Assembly: GCA_964016885.1 (NCBI GenBank)
Contig: OZ024743.1
Coordinates: forward strand, 331,018,001-331,082,000
Source of the DNA: Eledone cirrhosa
Lineage: Eukaryota
Direction: 5' to 3'
Length of the DNA: 64,000 nucleotides
The number at the start of each line of letters is the position of its first letter. Position 1 is the first letter of the stretch. The translations under genes and the position numbers were made by a program. This document shows positions 24,771 to 38,494 of the stretch, one piece after another. A model generated the notes under the pieces. The model worked only from the letters and a program-made list of their open reading frames with translations. It had not been told where the DNA came from and searched no databases.

Positions 24771-25944
24771 AAAACAAGATTCCAGACACTAATATATCTT
24801 AAACCTTTAGTTGCCAACCCCATTAAAACCAGCTTTGGTTCTATGAAATAAAACCATCCATTTTAAAGGCTTGCAATTTAAATTAAAATCTTTCAGCATA
24901 ATTCTATATAAGAACCTTACATTAAGTTACTATCTCAGCAACTCAACCAAAACTGGTGCTAGTTCTATAAAGTAAAACCATCCATTTTAAAGGTTTCCAA
25001 TTTAAATTAAAATCTTCCAGCATAATTTTATGCAAGAACCTTACATTAAGTTACTATTTCAATAATGAAATAATTAATAATTTTCGTAAATCACTCGAAA
25101 TTCTTCATTAATTAATTGAAATAGAGAGTATTTCATTAGAAATATGGTCATGAAAGGGTTAATCCACTTTACATCTTTCTCAAAAGTCGGCAGAAGGTTC
25201 TGCCAACTTGGGTAGTTGCCTAGGGGCATTAACTCTAGGATGTCCTATTTCATGTATGTAGGATCTTCTAAATACAAACACAAATTAAATTATTTGGCAA
25301 TTTTCTACATAAAAATTGATATAAAAAGATAGATATAGAAATTGCTATAAAAACATTTACAGATACAGATCTAAAGCCAAGAACAAAATGCTTAGGTTGG
25401 AATAATGTATGATTTTCGGCAGTTGTTCTTTTGTAAATATGTTTTAATATATTCAGAGAAAAGTTGTTACATCTACAGATCAATGGCACTCTTTAAACTT
25501 TCTCTCAACCACCAATAACCTACCAACAACGTTTGATAATAATAACAATAACAAAAATAAGTCAAGATCACCACCATTAATCCCGATATGATCTCTCTCT
25601 CTCCCATTCTCTCTCTCTCATTCTCACCCTCTCTTACACCCTTTCTCTCACTCGCTCTCTCTCATTTTCCACCCCTCTTACACTTTATCCTACTTGCTTT
25701 CTCTTTCACACTCTCCCTTTCTCTCTCTCTCACACTATCTCTCCCTTTCTCCCTCTCTCTCTCACTTGTTTTCTCTTTCCCCCTCACACTCTCCCTCAAT
25801 CCCTCCCTCTCATCACACCCACTAGTTATATTAATGAAAGGATTTCAAACTTTTGATGCTGTCTTTGAACTGTTCTCTTTTACTATATATATTGTAATAA
25901 ACACTTTATTCCTACATTTGCAGATTTTCTTCCTTGTGAATCAC

Positions 25945-27200
25945 CACCCATCATCAACATCAACATGGGCATCACCCTGATCAACATCATCACCACCACC
26001 ATCATCATCACCATCAACAACATCATTGTCACCATCATCATCACATTCAACAACATCATCGTCACCACCATTATCACCTTCAACATCATCACCATCGTCA
26101 TCATCACCGCCATCACCATCAACAATATCATCACCATCATCATCATCACCACCACCATCATCATCACCATCACCACCATCATTATCATCATCAACACCAT
26201 CAACAACATCATCGTCATCATCATCATCATCACCATCACCGCCATCACCATCACCTCCATCATCATCACCCTCATTATCATCATCAACACCATCAACAAC
26301 ATCATCGTCATCATCATCATCATCATCACCGCCATCACCATCATCATCACCATCATCACCATCACCATCACCATCACCACCATCACCATCATTTCATGTT
26401 GGCTTTTCATGTTGGCATGCGTTGAGTGGGTTGTCACAATCTGAGTCAGTTCATATTTGGAGTTAGCTCCCTTTATAATGGGTTGGAGGACTATGTTTCA
26501 CTTGTACATACCATCATTTGGCATCGTGTCTATGGCTTTCTACCACCAACATCATCATCAGAGTGTACAGGGAGCATTTGTTGTGGTACCAGCAATAGGA
26601 AGGTTGTTATGTCCTCAACAAAACTAAAGAGCTCTCTCTATCCTATGTTGTCGCCATTCCATCAACAATCATGTATTACAGAGTGCACAGGGCGCATTTT
26701 TGTGAGACATTTTACATGTGAACAATTGATGATGAAAATCCTGCTGATTATAATGATAGTAGTGATACTGATGGTGATGGTGGTGGTGGTGGTGATGGTG
26801 GTAATGCTTGTGGTGATGATGATGATTGTGGTGATGAAGGTGGTGGTGATGATGATGATGGTGATGATGGTGGTGGTGGTGACAATGATGATGATGATGA
26901 CATTGGTGGGGACAATGGTGATGATGATGATGATGATCATCATGACGATGATGATGATGATGGTGGTGGTGGTGGTGGTGGTGATGATGGTGGTGGTGGT
27001 GATGATAATGACAGTGGTGACGATGATGATGATGGTGATGACGATGGTGATGACGTGGTGATGATGATGATGGTGTTAGTGATGATCGTGATGATGATGT
27101 TGGTGGTGACGGTGATGACAGTGGTGATGATGATGATGGTGGTGGTGATGATGATGATGATGGTGGTGATGATGATGATGACGGTGGTGATGATGATTAT
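25945..27200. repeat. Opposed (CAT/CAC)n and (GAT/GGT)n tracts
   Basis: 25945-26392 is CAT-rich and 26730-27200 is ATG/GTG-rich. Confidence 0.9.
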
Positions 27201-27261
27201 GATAGAAACAATACAAAGCCCCTCTATGTACACCAAATTAAAGGTATCTGCTCTCCCTTAC

Positions 27262-27386
27262 CTCTGTTCTGATCCAGTCAAGTGAGTTTGATATTTTTCA
27301 GGATAAAACTTCTTCTGGACAGTCTGCAGTTGTTGACAGTTACTTAAGTCCTTGCTTGGATCAACTTTGGCGTCACCAAATTCTAT
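27262..27386 (-). CDS. PLEKHH: Exon of PLEKHH1/2 (MAX-1)-like MyTH4-FERM protein gene, FERM central lobe
   Basis: Minus strand: polypyrimidine acceptor ...tttaatctttcAG, 125-nt exon, donor GTAAGG. It translates IEFGDAKVDPSKDLSNCQQLQTVQKKFYPEKYQTHLTGSEQ(R), matching the PLEKHH pattern (Q)VExGD...L.QV..KFYPxRY. It ends in phase 2, compatible with the next exon. Confidence 0.88.
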
Positions 27387-28000
27387 CTGAAAGATTAAAA
27401 AAAAAAAGAAAAATTTAAATTAACTTTATTTTATCATAATCCTGATTTTATGTCATTACTCAACATAAACTATAGGGTTTCTCTTATGTAAAAATCCTAA
27501 GATATCAAAACAAGTTTCCCAGTTTGTATGATTGTTTATATATCCAGTAATCCTGGTATATATGGTATATAATTATTCTTACTAGCAGAAAAACCACCCT
27601 TTGGGTGGTTTTCTGCTAGCATGTGTAGTGTGCTTATTGATATTATACGCAAATATATATGCATGTAGATATGATACATCAAATAATATTGTAATTGACA
27701 ATATGCACAGAAATTGAACGAAGTTTTATGTAAGCAGTAAAGTAATCCACAAAACATAAAAAAATATATATTATATATAAACTGCATTAGGAGAAAAATT
27801 AGTGATGGAAATATATGAATGTTTATATAAGCGATCGCTAATCGGAAGTGATGACATTTGAAAATTTTAAAGAAGTGAATCTTTAAATAAGCAATAAAAT
27901 ATATTTAATCAAGAGTTACGAAATTTAGTAGATAAATTATGTAATATTCATTCATTATTTATTCAAAGTAATCCAACTTATTTTACAAACGGGATATAAA

Positions 28001-30030
28001 AACAAGAGGTGACAACACTTAGGACATGCTCTTCACCACTACTCCTGAAGTGGTTATCAGTTGTACTACTGAGGAACCTCTAGGCGACTCTGATCATGCT
28101 ATGATCATTGCCAATCTGGCTCTTGCGGGCAGCAACAAAAACCAGAACCATCTCCAATCTGCTTGCTTTGATTGGAAGAAAGCAGATTGGAACTTGTACT
28201 GCACTGAGCTACAGCGCCCAAACTGGCATGAGCTCTATAACTCTGGAGATGTGAACACTATACTCCAGAGCATCCTGGACTCAATATGGATAGCATGTGC
28301 AGCATCAGTGCCACGTAAGCAAAAAAAAACCACCCCAAAAGTGCAATTTGGGAAACTTCAGCAGTCCGACTTGCCAGGAAACAACGTCGGAATGCTGAAC
28401 GGGAATATAAACTGCATAAATCAGATGCCAACAGAAAAAGCAGAATAAATCTTCCAACCATCTCAAGCAAGTGACAAAAAAGGCAGTGCTTGAATTTGAA
28501 CAGTGCATAGCAACCAATCCTGACAGTAAGGTGTTCTGGAAATATGTTCATTCAAAGCAGAGACCTCACTCTCCAGTTGGTCCTCTTCGCAATCCCCACA
28601 CAAGCCAGATCACTGACGATCCCAAAGAATGCGCAGAACTCATTGCTGAGTGCTATGCAAGCATTTTTACTGTTGAAAACCAGAATGTACCATCTTCACC
28701 ATCTCTAACATCAAATTCCATAACAACTATGGAATTTACACCTGCAATGCTGTGACGTCACCTTAAGAATAAGCACAACTATGCCTCCCCTGGTCTTGAT
28801 GGTGTTACATACCTGCTTCTAAAACGTGGCGGGTACTTCCTTTTGCACCAGCTTTCTTTTTTCTTTCAATACTGTCTCAACAATGGTGCTACTCTGGAGC
28901 AGTGGAAAACTGCCAGTGTTATTCCCTTGTTCAAAAAGGGCGACCGCACGTCACCTGTCAACTATCGTCCAGTCAGTCTTACTAGCTGTATTGCCAAACT
29001 GATGGAATCCTGTATCAGAGAAACACTTTGGATTTCTGGAGCTCTCACAGCCTCATCCGGCCCTCGCAATTTGGATTTATCCCTAACTGCAGCTGCTGTG
29101 ATCAGCTTATCAAGTTCCTTGAAGACATTACCAGGATCACTGACAGCGGCTCATGGGTGGATGTTGTCTACCTTGACTTCGCTAAGGCTTTTAATTCTGT
29201 GCCACACAAAAGATTTATGGCAAAACTCTCTGCAATGAGTGTGAAGGATGATCTTTTTAACTGGTTGAAATCCTTCATTCTCAGCCGAAAAGAGGTTGTC
29301 TTGGCATCACTCAGCAAGACCTTTGTTAGCCGCTCTCCAGCCATCTATTTCAAGCTGTATACAGCTATGGTACGAGCACACTTGGAATTCGCATCATCAG
29401 TCTGGAACTCCTATCTTGCTCAGAACATTGACCTCCTGAAAACTGTTCAGAGACATGCAACCAAGTGCATACTCTCCATCAGACACCTACCATACTCTGA
29501 ACGCCTTGCTTCCCTGGGCATGGATTCATTGAAACTCTGACTTCTGGCAATGGACTTGGTAAACACCCACAAAGTTATTAACCATCTCGCCAACAACAAC
29601 CCTGAGCACCTTTTTGATCTCCATGTGTCTAACACACGTGGACATGCCTACAAAGTCAGAAAACAGCACAGCTCCCATGACTTTCGGAAACATTTTGTCA
29701 CGCTTAGAGTTGCTGAAGCATGGAACAAACTGCCTGCGTCAGTTGTTAGCTGCCGAGACACTGCATCCTTTATAACCTCCATGGAACAAACTGCCTGCGT
29801 CAGTTGTTAGCTGCCGAGACACTGCATCCTTTAAAACACTCATGCTTCCCGAAATACGCCAAAACTACACCTGATGTCCCCCTTCCATACACATGCACAC
29901 ATGTGTATATCATGACTCATGCACTGTTCATTTTCCTGACGTTTGTACATTACCCTATGTACTATACATACACTTTTGATGAGTTGTAGTGCACCTGAGC
30001 ACTGTACACAATATTTTCATTATTATTATA
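28001..30030 (+). mobile_element. 5'-truncated, internally deleted copy of the CR1/L2-group LINE
   Basis: Colinear with 44676-47030 but carrying stops and frameshifts; lacks the QGS/YADD RT core; ends gagttgtagtgcacctgagcac...(att)n. Confidence 0.92.
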
Positions 30031-30734
30031 AGTAGAAGTACTCTTTCCATGTGAGTATGATATATATAAATATTACATGATAGTTGAAAAAAGAGGAGAA
30101 AGTCTTCACAAGCATACCAACCACCAGTGAAGTCATTCTTCTCTTTTTTCAAATAAATATATGTGTGATTGTGTGTGTGTGTCTGTATGTGTGTATGTGT
30201 GTCTGTGCATGTATGTGTGTGTGGTTTGTTAATTTAAATACCCATGATAGCAAGGAAAATGGATGTTAACCAGTGATGATGATGATGGTGGTAGTAATAA
30301 TGATGATGGTGATGATGATGATGGTGGTGATGATGATGATGGTGATGGTAATAATTATGGTGGTGGTGATGATTGTGATGATGATGGTGATGATGATGAT
30401 GATGCAGGTGGTGGTGATGGTGACAATGATATCCTTACTAGACAGAATGTGAAAATGTGTAGTTTATGTAATGCTGTCACAATGGTCTTTTGGGCATTTT
30501 TTAAAGAATGTCTTGCTAATGCGGTATGATGTGGTACAGGATGTTAAAAGTTAATCTGACATTCATTATAGTTGGCACTAACGAAGAAGACTCCTTACAG
30601 CAACAAACTCACATAGTTTGTGAAGCTTTGTCAAACACTGAAGATCTTTCAAAACAACTTGGCCTTCCTTCCCTCTTCCCTTCCTTCCTTCCTTTCCTAA
30701 TTTTAATGTTGCATCAATACATGTGTTAGCATTA

Positions 30735-32100
30735 GGTGGTGGTGATGGTGGTGGTGGTGGTGGTAGTGGTGGTGGTTGTAGTGGTGGTGGTTGGGATATT
30801 GGTGGTGGTGGTGGATGCAAAGATATAGGTGGTGGTGGTGGTAGTTGTAGTGGTGTTTGAGATAGTGATGGTGGGATATTGGTGGTGGTGGTTGCTAAGA
30901 TATAGATGATAATGGTGGAGGTGGTAGTTGAGATATTAGTAGTGGTGTTAGTGGTAGTGGTTGTGCTGGTGGTGGTAGTATTGGTGATGGTAGTAGTAGT
31001 AATGGTGATTGAGATGTTGTTGTTGGTGGTGGTGGCTAAGATATAAGTGATGGTGGTGGTGGTGGTGACTGAGATATAGATGATATAATGGTGGTGGTGG
31101 CTGAGATATATGTGATGGTGGTGGTGGTGGCTGAGATATATGTGATGGTGGTGGTGGTGGCTGAGATATATGTGATGGTGGTGGTGGTGGTGGTGGCTGA
31201 GATATATGTGATGGTGGTGGTGGTGGTAGTAGTGGCTGAGATATAGGTAGTGGTAGTAACAGTGTTAGTAGTAATGGTGGTAGTGGTGTTAGTAGTAGTG
31301 GTGTTAGTAGTAGTAGTGTTAGTAGTAATGGTGGTAGTGGTGTTAGTTGTAGTAGTGTTAGTAGTAATGGTGTTAGTAGTAGTAGTGTTAGTAGTAATGG
31401 TGGTAGTGGTGTTAGTAGTAGTAGTGTTAGTAGTAATGGTGGTAGTGGTGTTAGTAGTAGTAGTGTTAGTAGTAATGGTGGTAGTGGTGTTAGTAGTAGT
31501 AGTGTTAGTAGTAATGGTGGTAGTGGTGTTAGTAGTAGTAGTGTTAGTAGTAATGGTGGTAGTGGTGTTAGTTGTAGTAGTGTTAGTAGTAATGGTGATA
31601 GTGGTGTTAGTAGCAGTAGTGTTAGTAGTAATGGTGGTAGTGGTGTTAGTTGTAGTAGTGTTAGTAGTAATGGTGATAGTGGTGTTAGTAGCAGTAGTGT
31701 TAGTAGTAATGGTGGTAGTGGTGTTAGTAGTAGTAGTGTTAGTAGTAATGGTGGTAGTAGTAATGGTGGTAGTGGTGTTAGTTGTAGTAGTGTTAGTAGT
31801 AATGGTGGTAGTGGTGTTAGTTGTAGTAGTGTTAGTAGTAATGGTGGTAGTGGTGTTAGTTGTAGTAGTGTTAGTAGTAATGGTGGTAGTGGTGTTAGTT
31901 GTAGTAGTGTTAGTAGTAATGGTGGTAGTGGTGTTAGTAGTAGTAGTGTTAGTAGTAATGGTGGTAGTGGTGTTAGTAGTAGTAGTGTTAGTAGTAATGG
32001 TGGTAGTGGTGTTAGTAGTAGTGGTGTTAGTAGTAATGGTGGTAGTGGTGTTAGTAGTAGTGGTGTTAGTAGTAATGGTGGTAGTGGTGTTAGTAGTACC
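30735..32100. repeat. GGT/GTA low-complexity region with a 39-bp higher-order unit (31260-32098)
   Basis: Repeating gtgttagtagtaatggtggtagtggtgttagtagtagta. Confidence 0.9.
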
Positions 32101-33174
32101 AGTGATAGCCAACACTGGTACCTGCACCACTCTCCAGCAATACTATCAGTTGCTATATTAAAAGGGGAGGGTGCAGTAATTGTTGCATAAAACTGGTTCA
32201 CATCAGACATATTATATCAGTGTTTGATGATAACATGGAGAAATTTGGGGGTGGAGGGAGAGGGGTGTGGATGGGGAGGGGGAGGTGTGGGGAGGGGGAT
32301 GGAGAGGGGGAGGGGGTGTTGAGTTTGGGAAAGAGAGGATGTGAAGCCATCCATGTTGCTGTTGAACATGGTGGTAGAAGTAGTGAAGGCTGTTGTTTTA
32401 ATGGTGGTGGTGGTAGTGTTAATGGTGGTTGGGGTAATGTTAGTGGTGGTGGCAGTGTTAATGGTGATGGGGGTAATGTTAGTGGTAGTGGTGACTGTGG
32501 TGGTAGTGTTGGTAGCAGTTGTAGTGGTGATGGTAGTGTTAGAACAGTGATGGTTGTAGTATTAATAGCAGTAGTGTGGTAGTGATAGTGACAGTAGTGG
32601 CAACAGTGGTAGTGTCAGTTGCAGTAGGTGTTGCATTAATAGCAGTGACAGAAGTGGTTACAGTGGGTGATGGGCAAGGGAGGAAACAGGTAGTGCCCAA
32701 ACCTGGTCAGCCTTAAAACCATCGCCAGGTATAAAATGTCACCCAATTTACTACTCATCCTCCTTCTAATTAAAGGGATTTTTGTTTCTTTTTAATTAGA
32801 CGCAGAAATCATTAAACAACATGAAAGGTGTGTGTGTGTGGGGGGTAGAAGTTTTGAATTCAATTTTAAGAGACTTTTACTCCCCCGCACATCATTTCTG
32901 TCTAAAGTCCTAAGTCTGTCTCAAGCCAGAAGGGTCGTTAGGCCGGTGCTTATCTCGGTTTTGTGACATGAAGTGACAGAGAGTCCAAGACTCCCTCCTT
33001 TCTGGGCAGAATGCCAGTCCATTGAAGGGTACTCATTTTCAGCTGAGTAAACTAGAACAACGTGAAATGAAGTGTTTTGCTCAAGAACACAACACTCAAA
33101 CAATTCCAGGAATCAAACCCACAACATTATGATCATAAGTCCAACACCCTTACCACTAGGCCATATTTCTGCAG

Positions 33175-33682
33175 GGTGGTGATTTGGCAGAGTTGTTCGT
33201 AGGTCAGATGGAATGTTTGGGGATATTTGTCCTGGTTCACTGTACACTCTGAGTTCAAAGCTTGCTAAGGTCAACTTGACCTTTCATCCTTTCGATGCTG
33301 ATAAATAAAGTGCAGGTTGACCACAGTCTAGTGACTGAAACCAGTAAAGGAAGAGTGCCCCAGGTTGGCCACAGTCTAGTGACTGAAACCAATAAAGGAA
33401 CAGTGCCCCAGGATGGCCACAATCTTGTGACTGAAACCAGTAAAAGGACCCCAGTATGGCTATAGTCTAGTGACTGAAACCAGTAAAAGTGCCCCAGTAT
33501 GGCCACATTTTAGTGACTGAAATGAGTAAAGGAATAGTGTCCCAGGATGGACACAGTCAAGTGACTAAAACCAGTAAAAGAACAGTGCCCCAGCATGGCC
33601 ACAACCTATTGAATGAAACCAGTAAAGAAACAATGCCCCAGCTTGGCCACAGTCTAATGATTTAAACCAGTAAAGGAAGAGT
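33175..33682 (+). repeat. Nin-like SINE whose tail is expanded into a ~48-bp tandem array
   Basis: SINE head and core at 33175-33310, then about 8 units of gtgccccaggatggccacagtctagtgactgaaaccagtaaaggaaca. Confidence 0.75.
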
Positions 33683-33721
33683 GTGCTGCCACTGCACCAA
33701 GTCCACACTGTAAAGTGTAAA

Positions 33722-34350
33722 GCACCATTTTACAGTGTGGACTAGGCACTTGTTGTAAATGACACCTACACAACCACTTTACAGTGTAGACTGGGTGCTT
33801 TTTATCATAACAACTACCATGAACATTTTACAGTCTGTACTGGGTGCTTTTTGTCATAACACCTACACAACCACTTTAAAGTGTGGACTGGGTGCTTTTT
33901 GTCATAACACCTACACAACCACTTTACAGTCTGTACTGGGTGCTTTTTATCATAACACCTACACAACCATTTTACAGTCTGTACTGGGTGCTTTTTGTCA
34001 TAACACCTACACGACCACTTTACAGTGTGGACTGGGTGCTTTTTGTCATAACACCTACATGACCACTTTACAGTGTAGACTGGGTAGTTTTAGTTATGAG
34101 ACCTATACAACCATTTTACAGTGTGGACTGGGTGCTTTTTTATCATGAGACCTACACGACCATTTTACAGTGTGGACTGGGTGCCTTTTTTATCATGAGA
34201 CCTATATGAGCATTTTACAGTGTGGACTGGGTGCTTTTTTATCATGAGACCTATACGACCATTTTACAGTGTGAACTGGCTGCTTTTTTATCATGAGACC
34301 TACACGACCACTTTACACTGTTGACTGGGTAGTTTTTATCCTGACACCTA
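33722..34350. repeat. 48/49-bp minisatellite, same family as the 5563 and 40845 arrays
   Basis: Units of ccactttacagtgtggactgggtgctttttgtcataacacctacacaa. Confidence 0.88.
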
Positions 34351-34357
34351 TCCAATC

Positions 34358-34402
<45 letters not shown>

Positions 34403-34406
<4 letters not shown>

Positions 34407-34705
34407 AAGGTTGTGAGTTCAATTCTCAGAACAGGTGATGTGTTGTTTCCTTGAGCAAGACACTTTATTTCACATTGCTCCAGTTTACTCAGCTGTAGAA
34501 ATGAGATGACAGGGACTGATGTCCCTATCATTCCACTGTAAAGTGGACGTGTAGGTGCCACGGCAAAAAAGCACCCACCACTCACTGTAAATGAGGTTGG
34601 TGTTAGGAAGGGCATCCAGCTGTAGAAATCAAGCCAGTATCAGTTCCCGTCCCACCCTTGCAAGCAGGGAAAAAGTGGACGTAAAATGAAATGAATGAAA
34701 TGAAA

Positions 34706-34708
<3 letters not shown>
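34403..34708 (+). mobile_element. Meta-core SINE with RTE-type tail, 5' part lost at (TA)n
   Basis: Nearly identical to 55053-55385 from tcgaaaggttg onward. Confidence 0.85.
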
Positions 34709-34746
<38 letters not shown>

Positions 34747-35104
34747 CATACAAACAAGCACATATTTACACACACACAGTTTTCTCAGTCAATGTTGCAG
34801 AAATTCCAAGAATGCTCAGTTAAGTTATTTCATTTTTTTACTATTATCTCTCGATTAATTAATTAGTTAATTAATAATAATTAATTCAAGGAAGCTCAGA
34901 GAATAATTCTTAATAGTTAATTTAGAAATCCATCATCTATAGAATGTGGTAGAGTGTAGGCAGTTGAGATTGAGACACAAATTAGAGTAGCCGGGTCAAT
35001 TAAGTGTGGTTTAGATGTAGTTGGTTTCATATTATAGCTATAAACCTTGGCATAGAACAAGGAGACAGCAAAAGGTAGAATGATATAACAATCTTCTCTT
35101 TCTG

Positions 35105-35660
35105 AAGTGGTAAACCTCAGATCTGGGATGTGAGCTGTAACAATATTTTCTCCCTCTTTTAGGTGTAGATAGATAACAAACCACCAGCAGCAAACATTCC
35201 CCCTCTTTAAGGACAGAATTTTTTATTTACCCTCATTAAGTCTCTTGAAATTGTTTATTTTTATTAATTTAGAAATCCATCATCTATACAATATAGTAGA
35301 GACTAGGCAGTTGAGAGGCACAAATTACAGTATCTGGGTCAATTAATAGTGACTCTTTTGCCCCTTTCCCACATCATGGATACTGCAGTAAATGTGAGCG
35401 TCATTGCTTCTGTTGCTGAATGGAATAAAATCCTAAAATACCGGGAACTATCAAACAATTATTTTTACCAGTCTCTAACATTTGAGACATTTGGTGGAGT
35501 TGGGCTACTGACAGCGAGTTCATTTCATTGTTGATGGTTCGCCTTACCAAGGCATCAGGTGATGCCTATGAGAGTACTTGGTTGTTTCAGGACCTTAGCC
35601 TCGCCATCACTCGTGGTAATGCTGCCAGTATGTTGGCTTGCCTCAAAAATTTCCGTTGAC
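35105..35660 (+). mobile_element. CRE-like (restriction-like endonuclease) non-LTR retrotransposon C-terminal relic
   Basis: GKPQIWDVSC (35110-35140), then AEWNKILKYRELSNNYFYQSLTFETFGGVG and GDAYESTWLFQDLSLAITRGNAASML, which is the typical RLE C-terminal pattern. Confidence 0.7.
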
Positions 35661-37230
35661 CCTTGTGGTGTATGACCAATTGTAGCACTTGGTAGGGTTG
35701 TTTTTGTTTCCCTTTTTTTTTATTTCATTCTCTCGCTTTGGTTGTATATTTTGGTGTGTTGTATTTGTAAGGTTCCTAGCAATAGTTAATTGTATTTATT
35801 ATATGTTTTTATTTATGTTTATATTTTCATTCTGAAAGAATTGGGAACAATTTGTAATGTTATTTCGATATACTTGGTTTCACATTATAGCTGTAACCCA
35901 TGGCTTAGAACAACAGGACGGAAAAGGGTAGGATGATATAAAAATAGTCCTCTTCTTTTAGGTGTAGATAGATAATAAACTACCACCAACAAACATTCCC
36001 TCTCTTTAGGGACAGACCTTTTGGGCTGCCCTCATTAAGCCTCTTGATATCTGACCACCTGAAACTGTCCCTGCTTCTATGATACAAAGCTATTTATTTT
36101 AAAATGCTGATATTTATTCCAAACACCAACTTGATAACAAGAAAGTTTATTAAATACCACAAAATTCTTGATTGTTTCCAAAATGATATTGAAAGACAAA
36201 TGCAGAATCTTTCATTAAAAATATGCTAAGGAAAGGGTTAAATACATGGTTAGTGTCTTTCATTAGAAATATGACAAGGAAAATGTTGAAGACATAGATA
36301 GTGTCTTTCATTAGAAATATTGTAATGAAATGGTTGACATAAACAGTGTTATTCATTAGAAATATGGTAATGAAAAGGTTAATTACATAGGCAGTCTTTC
36401 ATTAGACATATGGCAACGAAAGGTTTAATGACATAGATAGTGTCTTTCATTAGAAATATTGTAACAAAAGGGTTAAAGCTGGCATGATGAATTGTAGTAA
36501 GACTAGTGTTCTTATGAGATAACCTGTTGTGAGTTACTGACAATATCTGTATATGAAGCTAGTTCCAGCTAGTGGGGATCTGACATTGTGATGGAGTGTA
36601 AAGAAGGAGACTATGCTGGTACAGACAAGTGACATATATGAAAAATAAGAGTTGGGTAAAGACATGCCAAGTAATGAAAATGGAAGGGACCCATAAAGAG
36701 GAAGATCAAGTTAGAAATGGGAAGAAGTGGTGAACTCCACAAAGATGAAAAGTACTGCAAAAAGTGGTGAAGCACTGTACTAAAGAAGACCTGTTCAACT
36801 CATGTCTGTAGAAATGGGCTTCTGCATAGTTTCCACCTACCAAATTCCACTCATAAGATGTTAATCAAACTGAGACTTTATAACAAGAAACTTACTGAAG
36901 TTTCTTTGAAGTAGTATTGAATCAAGAACCTTGTATGTGTGTGTATATAAAAATATATATCACAGAAAAAAAGAGAATCAGTGTTGCGACGAATGGAATT
37001 TATTGGACATATTACAATCGTTTCTCTGGTGACCAGCTTCAGGCACGATCGATGTGATGATCAAACCTGACTCTGAAAATCGCAAGGTCCTCAAATACGT
37101 CTTGATTCTACGAAGCAGAATTTCCTATATATATATATTCTCTTTTTTTCTGTGATATCATATTCTGTTCTATGAGAGCATCGAGTGCTCAAACGGCCTA
37201 CCGCATATGGACGCTTTAAGCATCCAACAC

Positions 37231-37316
<86 letters not shown>

Positions 37317-37325
37317 GAGAGAGAG

Positions 37326-37650
37326 ATGCACACATGGATCAGTGGTTAGAGCATTGCGCTTGCAATCGCAAGGTTGTGAGTTTGATTCTTGGACCATGTG
37401 ATGCATTGTGTCCTTGAGCAAGACACTTTATTTCACATTGCTCCAGTTTACTAAGCTGTATAAATGAGTTGTGACATCACTGGTGCCAAGCTGTATCAGC
37501 CATTGCCTTTCCCTTGGACAACATCGGTGACATGGAGAGGGGGAGGCTGGTATGTATGGGTGACTGCTGGTCTTCCGCAAAAAACCTTGCTGGGACTTGT
37601 GCCTCGGAGGTGCCAATCCCATGGCTATACCAAAGGGGGTCTTTACCCTT
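37326..37650 (+). mobile_element. Meta-core tRNA-derived SINE with a different tail
   Basis: Head tggatcagtggttagagcattgcgcttgcaatcgc and core gtgtccttgagcaagacactttatttcac; the 3' half is unlike the 55053 family. Confidence 0.8.
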
Positions 37651-37838
37651 TATATATACACACACATGTATATATATACATACATATATATACACACATA
37701 TGCCTATGGTTAAGGTGTTACTAGTTAAATCACAAGACCATTTTACAACTTGGTACTCAATACTTTAATAAAAGTAGTGTATATATGTAAGTATATACAT
37801 TATACATATAATATATACATAGATATAATACATATATA

Positions 37839-37886
<48 letters not shown>

Positions 37887-38241
37887 CATAAAATATATAT
37901 ATATAGTCGAGTGAAAGCAGCCTTATAACTATGTATGTGTGTGTATATGTGTGTGGTAGTGAGCATATGTGTGTCTGTGTTTGTTAGTCTCGTAAATTAA
38001 GTGAATGACAGATATCATTAACTTGTGTGAGTTACATACTATTTATATGTTGCTATTTCTATGTTATACTTTACAATCAATCACCTACACAGACAGACAC
38101 ACATACACATGCATACACACATAGACAGACACACACATTCATACACATAGACAGACACACATATATATATATATATGTACATATGTGTATGTACAGTAAG
38201 GCACATATGCACATGTACACAAATAAACACACACACACACG

Positions 38242-38272
<31 letters not shown>

Positions 38273-38453
38273 ATGTACAGGAATACAGAGCCAGTAAGGC
38301 ACACATACACATGTGTACACAAACAAACACACACATAGACATATACATACACACACACACACACGCACACACAGACACATATACATGTGTACAAAAACAA
38401 ACACATACAAGCACAGATACACACAATCATTCCCCACCATTTGAACATTTGCA

Positions 38454-38494
<41 letters not shown>

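Noticed and set aside
30948-32210. Mucin-like Thr-rich and poly-Val/Leu ORFs (also 18484-19128, 25883-27285, 51303-52822)
   Set aside because: Trinucleotide low-complexity DNA open in several frames, without credible splice or domain evidence.
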